DNA of 64,000 nt from Psilocybe cubensis (taxonomy: Eukaryota). Position 1 is the first letter of the stretch. Every line of letters begins with the position of its first letter. The notes beneath the pieces were generated by a model that saw only the letters and a program-made list of their open reading frames with translations, searched no databases and was not told the origin of the DNA. The stretch covers positions 2,046,001 through 2,110,000 of the forward strand of contig CM038999.1 of NCBI GenBank assembly GCA_017499595.2. Direction: 5' to 3'. Below, in pieces: positions 26,101 through 39,017 of the stretch. A program made the position numbers and the translations under genes.

Positions 26101-29100
26101 ATGTCATTCATAGAGACCTTTCCGATTGGCTTTCCCAGCCAGGAGATGGTGAGTCCAGAAGGGAATGATATAACCGCATCGACTGATGATAAATTAAACC
26201 ATTGTGTAAAACGTCCTAGAAAGTGTTATAACATACATGGTCCAGCATTAGAAATGCTGCCTTTAAGTTGGGTTTCTAATTGTTTCGTACATTAGCCATG
26301 ATGCATTGTGAGATTTTGAACCGAAAATGTTTACTGAATGTATTCTGCGAAGGGTCTATGATGATAACAGTATCCAATCTATATGGTTGATTTAGTTCAT
26401 AGTGCAGATAACTTACTGGTAAACATACCCCAGAATGGAGCCACCCACTATCTTTTGAACTATCGGAGCAGCAAGAATTGGGAGGATAAGATCTAAACTT
26501 TGATCGGTCGATGTAGCTACTTGGGCCTGTGAAAAGGCTAGAGTCGTCGCATATTGACCTGCGTGGTGTGTGAGTAGGCCTTTGCCCATGCAAAATGTAC
26601 ATTTGACAATTACCAATGGTCACGTCAGTAGATATGTTGATGTCAGACTTCAGTTTGTTGAAGGCAGTCCGGACAAAATTGGTTAGATCGAATCCTCTGC
26701 GATCCTATAGGTTCAGCAGAGAGATCGGTTATGTGATATCAAGACGTACGAGAACAGATTCCCTTGACGTTTTCTTGCTTGATTATTGGAGGTAGGTTGT
26801 GTAATCGGGAGGTAGTGGATTCCGCCGAGTTGTACAATCGAATCCAACGGTGCGACATCCTCGCCTGCTTCAACGGCAAGAGCGCGAGTGACAGTGAACA
26901 AAGATGATGGATCAAAGTTCAGATTGAAGTCAAGGACAGGGGAATCAGTTGAAGACTTCGGAGAAGATTCAAATGAAATGTCCTGATCAATAGATCCTAA
27001 CAAAATTCCAAATGATGTGACATTCGAAGATATTTTGGTAATCTGCAGGGGAGCACTGAAAGGGTTGGAAAGCGAAACAGTGACATGGCTGATATTGTTC
27101 TCCTTCCCTGTCGTAGGAAGAACTGGACGGTGGAGAATAAGTTACAACATCATCGAAAAGGGAAAAAAAGATTACCCTTTAGAGAGGCCGAGTTGATTAG
27201 GTTAGTCTTAAGGCCAGGAAGGATAACATCAAGCGACAGTGCTTTGAACGCGTCGGCTAATGAAGGGACTTGTGTACTCCCATCAAATCCGGCAATTGTG
27301 ATATGTGTGTCTAGCGGTCATGAATTGCAAATTGTAAACAATAGTGTAGAAAATGAGGCATACCTTCTTTGCTAATAAAGTCATTCAAAGTCTGAAGTCC
27401 CTGTGGGGATTTATTCGCCTTTACGGGAGCAACATCAGCTTCGACATCAAAACAAAGCAAGGATATTAATCACTTCGAAACTGGATAATGTATTGATTGT
27501 ATTGTTTCCCAAATTAAGCGTCAGATTAGGCAACAATGTTGTGCCGATTATTGCACCATCTCGCAATAGCTGTAAAGCTGTTAATTGGTGAATTGACAGA
27601 AAATCCTCGTTGCATGTTTGAAACATACTTAAATCACCCGTGGACAGTATCAAACTGGATGGATTATCAATAGTGACTATTACTTTATGAGAACATATGA
27701 CAAATACTAGAAATTTTGTACGTACCCTCAATTGCGAGACTAATAGCATCGGTTGTTCCACCTGTAACGTCGACAGTATCAATGGTTGTCATCCCTTTGA
27801 GACCCCGGAGCCCATTTAAAGAACTTGACACATTGACTTTGATAGCATCCAGAGTAATCTGACCAATACTCGTATTTGCAACAGCCCTCGATGTACCGAT
27901 TAGACGAAACTGAGCGACATCTGATGTCGTGAGCTCTTCGTCTATTTACGGTATTAGATCAAAGACCATTATTTAATGTATACACCTTACTGAACGATGA
28001 GAAGATAGCATGCTGGTCATCAGGAACATCCAGCCTAGTATCTTCAATTGAAATATTGATTGTTCCCGTCGTGTCTGTCGGGGCTATGACCGATATTGAA
28101 GATGTGGAGGCCCCAATAGGCTAGGTCCATTTGGTTAGGAAAAAAAATTAAAGTTTACGTGCGTAACGTACTGTAGAGACACCTGCGACAGAATTTCCAT
28201 CCTTAGTGATTACAAAGTCGTTTTGAATTTCGTTTATAGCGACGTTGAAACCAAATGGTAACTCTGAGGAAGAAGGTTAATAGAATACGCATACGGAGTG
28301 CGACAAAGCATACCCAATGATGCCTGAACAGAATTACTCTCAACAGCGGGGCTCCAAGGCTGGCTAGCATCGAACTGCAGAGCCAGATTCCCGATGTTAA
28401 TAGCTTTGATGGGATTGATGTCATTTGAGGATTTGAATGGGACCGTGAGATGCAAAGCTTCCAATCCCTGTGATAGCCATGAAATAGTAGATCCGTCGTC
28501 TTGGAGCGTCGACTGTCCGGTTGCAATGACAGGGGAGCTGTCGCCGTTCAAATAGTTTGTGAACAATTCGGAAACAGAAGCGAGATTGGATGGGTCTGTT
28601 TGTCGAATAAGAGTTCCCTTCAAGGTGATAGAATTATTTCCAGGGGCCTGGAAAAGTTCCGTAAGCCAAGTTTAGCAAGGAACTGGGAAAACATACTATT
28701 TTGGTTTCCGTTCCGGTTCCAATGCCCAAGGAAACGTTCTTGTACGTGAGCCCAAATACAACCGTGCCCAAATCCAAAGAAAATGGACTGAGAGAACTCC
28801 TGAGTTTAACACGGCCACAGCAAATGGCATGAACTCACCTGGGATTGTTGAGCTGGGTCGTAGCGGCAAAATGTATACCACCTGCAGGATCATCGCTAGG
28901 TAACTGGAGATCCTGGAGAATTACATTTCCATCAAAGCTGTTGAAACCTAACATAAGATGTGAAGGCTATGAAAAAGTGTAGAAGATGAAGAACAGCATG
29001 CCTTTTAATGTGATTCTCTTGTCAAATGTGAGACCCTTTGCAACGGGAAATTTCAGGGCCTGAACGCGAAGGTTGTGACTAACGAGTCTCCAAGTAAAAT

Positions 29101-29838
29101 TCTGTGCGGTAATAAGGTTTTCAGAAAAGCGACCAAATGCGGTTTGATTCAAAATTATGAATTGTGTTATGTCGTTGATGATAGCTCTTTTATGCTTGGT
29201 AGAAAGATCTTGGAGCTGCATATACCCAAGTTCAGTTTCTGTGCCATCGTCTTCAATCCACGAAACGTTGGTAGCTTCCGTAAAGTGGATTTTTGCGTTG
29301 ATGATGCCAGTATTAAATACGGTGCCTTCTAGTTTTAAAGCAAAGCTACACAAGGCTACATTAATCAAACAATACGAATATGAAAAGATCACTCACGATC
29401 CATTGACGGGCTGAGTAATTTCCGCAACTTGAACATCAATGTTGGTGCGCTTAAGGACAAGGGCAATGATGGCTCGAACGACTGGGAACAGGAGGATAAA
29501 CAAAAGGGCTATAACCAAAGGTATTAAGATGATCTGAGAAATAATGAACCATCTTTTCTTGTAAAAAGGTTGATGAGGAACGTTCTGGGAGGAGACTGTA
29601 GGGACCTCAGGCTGATCCTCCCAACCGCTAACGTTCTGACTGGGAATGACACCCGCCCTAGTTGAAGTGAAATGACCAGCAGGAGCAGCAGCATGCTCTA
29701 CAGAAGATTGTGATTAGAACAAGACACTAAAGGTTAAGAAATACTAAAACCTCTCAAAGACGCCCCGGATCCAAAGCTGTGTGTACTCTGTCCCATACGC
29801 GTCTCGTATATACCGCTGCTATTCCTTGCTTGTTCCAT
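20173..29838 (-). CDS. Giant single-pass membrane protein with tandem DUF3712/LEA_2-like beta-rich repeats (many exons)
   Basis: N-terminal PFYKKRWFIISQIILIPLVIALLFILLFPVV anchor, recurring (F/L).LP.DDP.GGIH, NPS...L..G and NPF motifs, Ser/Thr-rich C-terminal tail. Start position is approximate. Confidence 0.75.
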
Positions 29839-30275
29839 TGTCGTGCACCTCCTTGAGGGGATTGACGACGCGTAAGAAAAAAATGGTGGCAAGGGACTGG
29901 AATGTAGATTTGGCAGGTGCGAGTTTTAAGAAGCATGCTACATTTTTGCCTAGTTGCTGCCAAAGTCAGATTGAATCGCACAGTTGCACGAGAGCACATG
30001 GTACACAAGCAGCTGTGAAGAAGTCAGCTGCAACTAAATAAAAACTCAGTCGGAGGCCGCTGGGGAAACATAAATCGAGCAACTGCCATCACGAGGTCAT
30101 CCCAGGCGAAGAACAAATAGCAATTCGTATGTCCAAAAATCAAACGCTTCTTCGCGGCTAAAAATCTAACCCCAGAAGTCTTGCTCGAGAGCTTAATTCT
30201 CCCATCTATCAACGATGCATCAAGCCTGTGTTTATTGCCCGTCAGTACGTGGGGCCCCGTGGGGATCCTCAGGCA

Positions 30276-30615
30276 TAAGATTGGGCTCATCAGAAACCAG
30301 CACCCTTACGTAATCAATGGGCTTGGCGCCAAGAGCGGCCAAAATCCAGCTCGAAAAAAAAATCAAAAGTTATGTTGACGGAAAATGGTTTCAGACAAAA
30401 AGTTTAAAAAAAAAAAATTCATAAATGTGCATATACAATCCTTACTAAGATTGGGCTCATCAGAAACCAGCACCCTTACGTAATCAATGGGCTTGGCGCC
30501 AAGAGCGGCCAAAATCCAGCTCGAAAAAAAAATCAAAAGTTATGTTGACGGAAAATGGTTTCAGACAAAAAGTTTAAAAAAAAAAAATTCATAAATGTGC
30601 ATATACAATCCTTAC
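30276..30615. repeat. Perfect tandem duplication, 2 x 170 bp
   Basis: 30276-30445 matches 30446-30615, including homopolymer lengths. Confidence 0.95.
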
Positions 30616-31039
30616 TACTAGCCTTTATGCCCACAATAATAGAATTACACCTCAGAGGTCAAATTGTAGTCTCTGGAAGTCCATAATGAGTCTGAGAGGT
30701 ATTACTTAGGCGTGACTTATTGTCACGTGTGGTCACGTGTACCATTATATAAGCGGCCAAAAGAACATTGTCAAATTTTCGAAAATCTCCCAAACTCGAG
30801 AAAACACCATTTCTGACGTGTTAGACTAAAAAAAAAGGAAAAAAATTAAAATCTTTATAACTTCTTGAGATCAAAATTTTTTTGAAAAAAAAAACCACAG
30901 ATGTGTTCAAAGAAGCATAACCTACATATCTGTGGTTCAAAAATGTAGAATAGTGTGAGTGCAGAAGGGTTGAAAAGGTTCGGAGGTAAGCCAACTTTTG
31001 CTTACCTAAGGGGGTGCTGGTTCCTGATGAGCCCAATCT
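30278..31039. mobile_element. Non-autonomous TIR element (MITE-like) with TA target site and a duplicated left end
   Basis: 28-bp TIR AGATTGGGCTCATCAG(A/G)AACCAGCACCC at 30278-30305 and 30448-30475, inverted at 31012-31039 with 1 mismatch. Each end is flanked by TA. The interior is AT-rich and non-coding. Confidence 0.8.
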
Positions 31040-31574
31040 TAGATTGTAACAGTGGCGGCCCGGCAATCCGTCCTCGATAATCATAAGGAGGCACGGATGC
31101 TATTGATTTCACGCATTGGTTTGTTTGTTTATTTGTAATCTATTTATTATCGTGCAACAAGGTGCTAAGACGCACGGGTGAGCGTTCCTCACCTTTCTAC
31201 ACTAGGGTGTCTACTATTTACTAAGTATCGGGGTTTGTCTATCTAGAGGATTGTTTCATTGGTTTCACCTTACCAAATCAGTGCATCCCAGACCTGTATA
31301 ATAACGTGACACTGACAGCACTAAAGGACCAAGGTGTTGCCGAAGCAAAGAAAGAATTATGTATTGGCAAATGAGTCGCAAAATGTTGGATTTTTTCAAG
31401 CAAGTTGATAAATTAGGTAACAAAAATGCGACAAGTAAGTATGCAATATGTACACTATGCCACACTTGGTCCATATACCTCTACCACGATTTGGATAACC
31501 ATTCGAGTAACGAAATGTGTCTTTAAAAGAAGAAGCCCTAAACCCACAGAAGAAAAATGACCATGGATAGTAGG

Positions 31575-34500
31575 TTATGAACTGGTAGATGAAGATCCCT
31601 GTAGCTGTCGAGCGAGTTGGACAAGGTAACGTTCGCAGATAGCAGAAAAATAGAATTCGTGCTCGGAATTGTGTGGTTGCACGAGATTGTGTGCAATTTC
31701 GTGTGCGATGGTGAAATACCTGAAAAATTGTGAGAGAAGGAAAGGATTCACGTTCGAAAAATATTACCAAGAAATGTATGCATCTTGAAGCTTCTCATTT
31801 TTGACGTCTGTATCATCTGGTGAAAGAATTAAATCATCAATGGTGTGGAGAAATGATTTTTCATTAAGAGGTGCTTACGCCATTCTTCAAAATATCGCAA
31901 ATTCAAAAATATGCTACCGTTACGATTGAAGGCAATGATTCCGCCCTCAAGGTCGTAGAATATATGCAATTTGGTCAGTGGTAAATCGTATATGGTTGCA
32001 AGAGGTTTCATAATGTAAACAAAACGTGCAAGAGAGTGTCGTTTCTCCTCCATGAACATCCCTGCTTGATGATTGGGAATTTCTGCGAAAGGTTTCAGAT
32101 ACTATTCATAATACAACTTTTATTGGTATTGATTACCTTCTGATAAGTATACCTTCACGGGGCCCATTTGGCCTAGAAAAAGTAAGTCACTAAGCTTCCC
32201 AATAGGCAGAGTTGCAGAATTAATGTACCTATGTGATGCAGATCTCCTTTGCGTCCAGAAATGTCGCAATAGCCATCGTTCAAACTCTCCTTGACGCGTT
32301 GCATTTGTTGACGGTTGGTTAATAGGTTTGCAGATTCGGACCGGCACGAGCTGACAGCCATGTCGATATTTTTCGCTGAATGCATCATTGCTATATTAAC
32401 CGAAAAGCGGTTCATGACTACATTCATAAACCTACATATATTGCTAATGGGTGTAATCCCCGAATTATTATCAGAGTTGTTTGTCGAAGTTGGTGGACCT
32501 GGCGAACGTGGTGAAGGCCCTTGTTCTATGAAACTACTCAGCTGTTTTCACACCTTCGATTGATTTGTTACAATTACCTGAAGCTTGGCTTGAGCTGTCT
32601 GTGTTAGGTACAGAAGGCTGGAAAGGCTTCGTAGCAGAAGATGACATTGAGCCAATTTTCCGTCTAAAGTTTTGCAAGTGACCCGCAAGATTCGTTGGCA
32701 GTAATGGTTTACTTTCAACTAGTTCGTTTGGGTCAGGATTGGGATGATCATTGACTGCCGGTCGTGTATCTGCAAGCGGTAGTGGCGGTGGGGGCAATTG
32801 GGTAGCTTTTTCTTTCTCTTTTGCCATTCGATCACTTTCTGCAGCTAGGCGTGCGTCTCTTTGTTGACGTAAAATTCTATCAACTGGAGTGATGGATTGA
32901 GAACGATTTGACAGCAAACATAAAGATTTGTAGTTGTTACCATTGTATCCTCGGCGCTTTAATGATCGCAGATCAGTAGAAAGGATTGTCATGAAAAGAA
33001 GAGCATCATTAGTCTTCGGCGAGTCGAAGAGTAAACGGTTGAGTGACGTAGCAACTCTAAAGAAATTGTTAACTCTCATAAGATAGTGTTGAGGACGCTG
33101 CACTTACTCGTACATGTCGATCTGTGCATTTCCCGCAATCCACAGCTCGATTGGCCCAGAGCCAAAGCGGCGGGCTATAGCAGATGCATCTTGGCTTTTG
33201 GAAAGATTAAGATTTCCGTAACTGAGATGTTTTATGACCCCCAACTTTCCGAATGCTTTAACAAGAAAGTTTTTGTTGGCCGAGATCCAGGAGAAAGAAA
33301 CTCTGGTTCGAGCGTGTGTATGTTCATGCAGAAATAAAGGGAGTCGTTCCAGGATTAGGGCCCTTACTTCAGTCGCTGTTTTCGAATTGTGCAGCTCTAC
33401 TGTCGTTTTGTATTCCTCTTTCACGACTTTACTCAGTTTCATGGAGCCGAGTTGACAATAAAATGCTGAAGAAAAGTTGATACAGTGCTATTTCGTGCCC
33501 AACGTAAGCACATACCTTCTATGATATCTTCTTGTGGTGCCGTATAAAGAGATTCTCCGAAAGATTGATAGGCATGCGTGTCGTCGGCTACAATGATTTC
33601 ACTTGGTTTCTTGAGATCGTACCTCATATCCCAGTCATCTTCATCCCAGTCGTCACTTGTTTTGACTTGGCGCTTCAGTTGTCTTTGTTGACAGAGGAGA
33701 ATGGGCGATCTTTTCATCCGTAAAATTGTACCGGGGGTGATAGCCTTCGCGTTGACAGCAAGGTTTCGTAATTCTGACAAAAAGCTACTGAATGTTAGCA
33801 AAAATCTTTATGTAAGTGAGTTGCGACTAACTTGACAGGTCCTCCAGATAACTCGTAGAACTCCCGTGGGGAATTCAGCAGAATCTTCGCAACTTCTTCA
33901 ACACTGGGCTGGCTTCTTGTCCCGCATGCCGTAAGGAATGCATTTGCAGCAGTCCCAAAATCAATGAACACAAAAAGCTTTGAATGAAAACTTTCGCGTC
34001 CTTCACTACTTAAATAGCACTGCGAAGGAGGTAACCACCGTACGGTAGAGTCAGAAACATTTTTTCCGCCTGTGATTGGGACAAACGAAGTTGTTGACAA
34101 AGTGACTAAATCAGAGTTTTTGAAGTCTGAAAATTTTCAACAACGTTATTCATGTTTCAAAGGGAAAATGGCATACCATTCACCCTTCCAGCCAGTAAGC
34201 GGAAGAGTTCCCTAGCTTCCTGATCAGTTCCAGGGGGTTTTGATCGCAGCAATGCCATTAATTGTGAGGCAGGAGGATGATCTTGTATCTTTAATTTGGA
34301 GGCATATGACTGATACGAAGGATGTAGCACTAGAAAACCTACTGCTGCCCATTGAGCAGAAAATACCTAATAAATGTTAAATCATACATTCAACTCAATT
34401 CTTAAAGTGTGACTCCATACCTCTTGTATCGTTCCTAGGCAAGGTTCAGAACCTTTCAATGCTGGTATGAACCGGATATTCACATAATTCTGTGGATCAT

Positions 34501-37500
34501 AGTCTCTATATCGAGTCTCTAGGTTATCGATGAGATATCTCAATGCCACAGGCCGGATCTGTTGCATTTTGTTATAATTGTGATTACGACGCCAAGACTT
34601 CGTAAAATTCTGACCGTAGAATCCTCGCTCGCACATAAATCTATGATTCTGTTCAAGGGAGGGTACCTTTGCAATCCTATGTCAAAGAGAAACCTAGCTG
34701 AGGATATATAGTATTAGGGTGATTGTTCATTGTAATGCATTGTTCGTCACCTTCTTCTGAAGAATTCTTCCATTTGAGCTGCTGGCCCCAGTCAATTATA
34801 GGCAGTTTTAATGTACGGAAAATGTCGAGGGGCTCGTAGAGTTGACTGGCCGTATATCGCACGCGTTTTCCGTTGTCATGAGAGCCATCGCAGCTTTCCT
34901 TAGGAAAGGCCGCTGTTGCTCTTAGCCTTTGATACTCTGTATCGGTTAGCGATCCTTTGACTGACACCAGATACTTGGTGAGATCAGCAATGGTCCACTC
35001 ATTGGTCTTGATCATTCTAAGTGCACAAAGTTTTTGAAATCTTTTCAGAAACGTGAAAATCAGACCACATACCTATTGAAGATGATTTGCAATTCAACGT
35101 GCTTCCGGACTCCAATTTCCTGTAAAACCTTCTCTGCTGTTCCCTTGATAGATGTTCCACCGGGAAATGTCACAATGGGCAAATCGCCGAAAATATTGAC
35201 ATTAGGAAAATAAGCTTCTTGGGGTACGACCATGCCTGCGGAGGTAGGAATACAAGCCTTGAGTCTAAGCGTACGGATAATGTCCATCTTGTATGGCGAC
35301 GCAAGGCTGGGCCAAACGCGTATGATCAACGATAACACGCGCTCTGCCCATGGAGGAGATGTACTTATGCTGTATTCCGCTGGAAAATCCCCATCGTCAC
35401 AAATGAACGAAACCCATTGAACAATGGTAAATTCTGTCCAAGGAAAAGAGCTGGCAAGTACTTCTGGCTTGAACAACTTGCTAATAGAGTTTGGCAAAAC
35501 ATTTTCAGGCAATGGGCCATCCATAGGGATATGCGCACATGGGGACCTTGGACTAATAAAGCTCTTGATTGAAGCAAGGGAGATAATTTTGTGTTCCCCT
35601 TTCTTGATTTCAAGCGTCAAAACGACCGAGTTTATCAACTGAGTTCGTATAGGTGCAAGCCTGTCTCGATCTTTATCCTGATAGATGCTAATCCACCAAT
35701 TGAGGCATGCGACAAATTCACTTTCTGGCAATGGTCGTGACTGAAGCTCTTGAAGAACATCCTGGAAGTTTATGGGCTTGATTAAGCCACGAGATTGCAA
35801 AGCCGATATCATGATAGGAACACCAGTCACGACAGTATCTGGCAACGTTGGCAATTCTTTGAGAAAAGTTGAAAATGTAGGATCTGGAAGTCGAACGGTG
35901 CTAACATCGCGGACACCTTTGCTTGATATGATAGGGAATCGACCATCCGCGGAGCATTCAAAAAAGGCCGATTCCATCAAAGCCGATACATCTGGCGAAG
36001 GAGTTGATGGATAAAACATGAAGAATTTCAATGCATGTAGAACCTGATTTGTTGCCCGCAATTGTAGTTCCTGATCGTCAGAAATAGATCCCGTTTTCAA
36101 AGTAGCCCAGAGTTTTTGAACAGACGCAAGTTCAAATTCGTATGCAGCTCTTGAGAGAAATCCTCCAATGAATAGTAGTTCCTTATTCCATACTGATTAC
36201 GTATAAATAAATCAATATAACGATATAGCTACCCAATGAATTTAAAGAGACGTACCTGCAACATGCCGATCCCTGCCAGAAGACAAGACGTTTAGCCAGA
36301 CATTGCGAAGGATACATTTAATGGCGACTTACATAAAATCTATAGATTCACGTTCAACTGTAGGGATGAATCGTGCTGATATGTGACCTCCAACACCTGT
36401 GCTTTGAGCAGTGCTATGTCCCTGGAAACATATTAGTTCAAGTAATAATGAGGAGACTGCGCTGCACATACAATAAATACTCGTGCGGCACCTTGCCTTC
36501 AATGACAAATGAAAAAGAATTCCGTTGCTATGATTAAAACAAATATAAACATACCCATCTAAATCTGCTCGTAAACCCTGGAATATGCTTCCAGTTGCTT
36601 CTGGGTGTTTGGCTTCTTCTTCTAAGCTTGCGTCGTACTCATCTTTGGCTGTCTATGAAAAGTAAATCTCAACAGCTGGTAATAATATTTTGACCAGAAT
36701 TACAAACATATATCAGTTCAAATTTCATCTTGGTGGGGGGATTTTTCTTCGTTGATCGTTGCAACTCTGCGGAGAGCTTCTTATCGATATGCACTTGGAT
36801 TGACGCCGAATAAATAGACAGAGAAACGCTAGTTTCACTGATTGCCAAATGATCAATTGATTTCTCAACGGGTGGCAGAGGTGCTGTCGATATACGCTGG
36901 GGTGTTGACGTTCCAGATAAAGTACTGAACAATGAAGAGAAAAATCCAGGACTTCCTGTATTCGCTGCTTTGATGGGTTTCGTAGGATTTTGTCGTTTCT
37001 TTCCAGTACCAGATGTATAAATCCACTTCATAACTTGTGCCTGTATGAAAAGGGCTGGTAGATGTCTTAGATACTTGAGCATGATTTTTTGCAAAAGGTT
37101 AACGTACGAGTACTTTGAATGTCGTCAACAGTCATGATTCCAGATGGTGATTGACTCTTCAGCCCTTTGGGTATGCCCAGACTATGAGGCAATCCCGATG
37201 CTTTGTTGAGTTTGACTAGCCTTTTATCGTCATAGTAAACACAGACTTCACGTAAGTGTCCCATGAATGTCAAAGAAGATGCAAGAAAGCGGGTAAAGTC
37301 AAAAGCTATTGGCATTGGTGTGGCTTCCCTAAGTGTCATCGTAAAACTCGTCCATTCTCTGGCAGCTGGATCGAGTTCGGATTCAGGAAGTTCACCCCTA
37401 CGAGCAAATAACTGGGAAACATGATGTAAGACCAAATGGATTCATTGCAGCAGAAACTATGGATACCTGATCCTTTTTGTCTTTCCAGTAAAATCCCATC

Positions 37501-38218
37501 CATTTATCTAAGGACATTCAGTGAAGGTCTCGGGGGAAATGGGTAAGGCATACTTCCTGAAGTAACAAATGGCTCCTCAGTTACTGAGAACAAGCTGTAG
37601 AATCCTAGAAATTAAGAAGTTCGATGACTGAAGCATTACAAGGTCAATATGTGGGCGCACCAACTCCAAATGCGCCAATCTTCTCTTCATCTGGGTTTCC
37701 CTCCGCTAAAAACACTAGTAAGAATCAAGAAGAATTGAGGTGCAGAGAAACGAACCTATTTTTTTGAGCCGATTCCAGTCTTCATCTCTGAATATATTTC
37801 CATTATTCTTAAATACCCAGTGGTGTACCTACAAAGTGTTAACAATTGTGTCGGAGTGAGGGTACAATGTTCGTAAATACCAGCGAAGTCTTCAGGTCTG
37901 GTAGCTGGCCAGGTGAAGAGCTGAGGGAATCATCTGATCGTGGCGTTCCAGATCTATTGTCCACATAGGCTTGTGTTTCGAATCGGATCTCGACAGATTT
38001 GGATTGTGCGTCGTCAGAATTCTGCAGCAATTCGCGGAATACGGTAAATTCTCCGGAGTAACGAGCGAGTACTTTGTCGATTAGAGCCCGCTGGTTAACC
38101 TCTACTGTCTCGTCATGTCCATTTTCCCACTAAAGCCCAACAAATCCAAAATTGAGCCGACATGATATCAGGATGCATTTCATGCAACACTCACTAATTC
38201 ATCTTTGGAAAGCACCAT
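31575..38218 (-). CDS. Large sacsin-like GHKL/HATPase protein (DUF3684-type) with a C-terminal HExxH motif (many exons)
   Basis: VEVNQRALIDKVLARYSGEFTVFRELLQNSDDA, N.G..F...DW.RL..IAEGNPDEEKIGAFGVGFYSLFS, TG.GGHISARFIPTVERESID, last exon YFTIAHEIAHNLVQPHNSEHEFY. Confidence 0.8.
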
Positions 38219-39017
38219 AGGAGTCTCCAATTAAATCAAAGAGTGTCGTATAGAAGAGGTGGATGACCGAGTCTTATAGAAGAGTTTTCAAAATGCTAAA
38301 CAGATTGATAGGTAGAATTTATTGAGAAATGAAGGGTGTAAGCTGTGAGGAAAGCCGCCAGGTTGACAGCCCGCGCTTGTCGTTGCTGAACATGACGCCG
38401 GGCCGAAGTAGCCGGAGCGCTGTCTTTACTAATACTAATAGTATAAAATAAATGTATGGACTATACTTATAAGTAGGCTGCCGTTAGATCCACATCGTGG
38501 ATTTTGAGAATTTAAGACGGCATGTTAAATGCAACCGATTAACTGTAAGAAATAATGTATATCCCAAGTCCTTGGATCCTGACCTCGCTGATTTTTATAC
38601 GTAGGTGAGATTGGCGGCATAGTGCATCCTCATCACAATAGAACCAGTATTTATCACTTGCAATGGGGCAATTCGCACAGTTGTAAGCTAATGATGAGCT
38701 TCGCATTCGGATTGTCGTTATATTTTCAATGCAATGGGACATGAGGAACTATTATAAGGCCAGGAAAAAACGATGCAATGTGTGTAGATGACGAAAGACG
38801 TGGTCAACCAGTCCCACATCAACAAGAAGGAGCGATCAGATGTTATTAGAAAGAAATGTACTAAGGAACTTCCATGGTCCATCGTAAAATGATGCAAAGC
38901 TACGTGAAACAATGTATGGTGGGTATAGCAAATGCTTGAATATCGAGAGTCTGAAGGCCCTGAAAGAATAATAATCGAAGTCGGATAGGGGGCAAAATAC
39001 TATTATATATATCGTCT

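Noticed and set aside
30276-30615. Repeat considered as a CRISPR array or LTR pair
   Set aside because: Eukaryotic context, only two abutting units with no spacers, and no TG..CA ends. It is explained by the TIR element.
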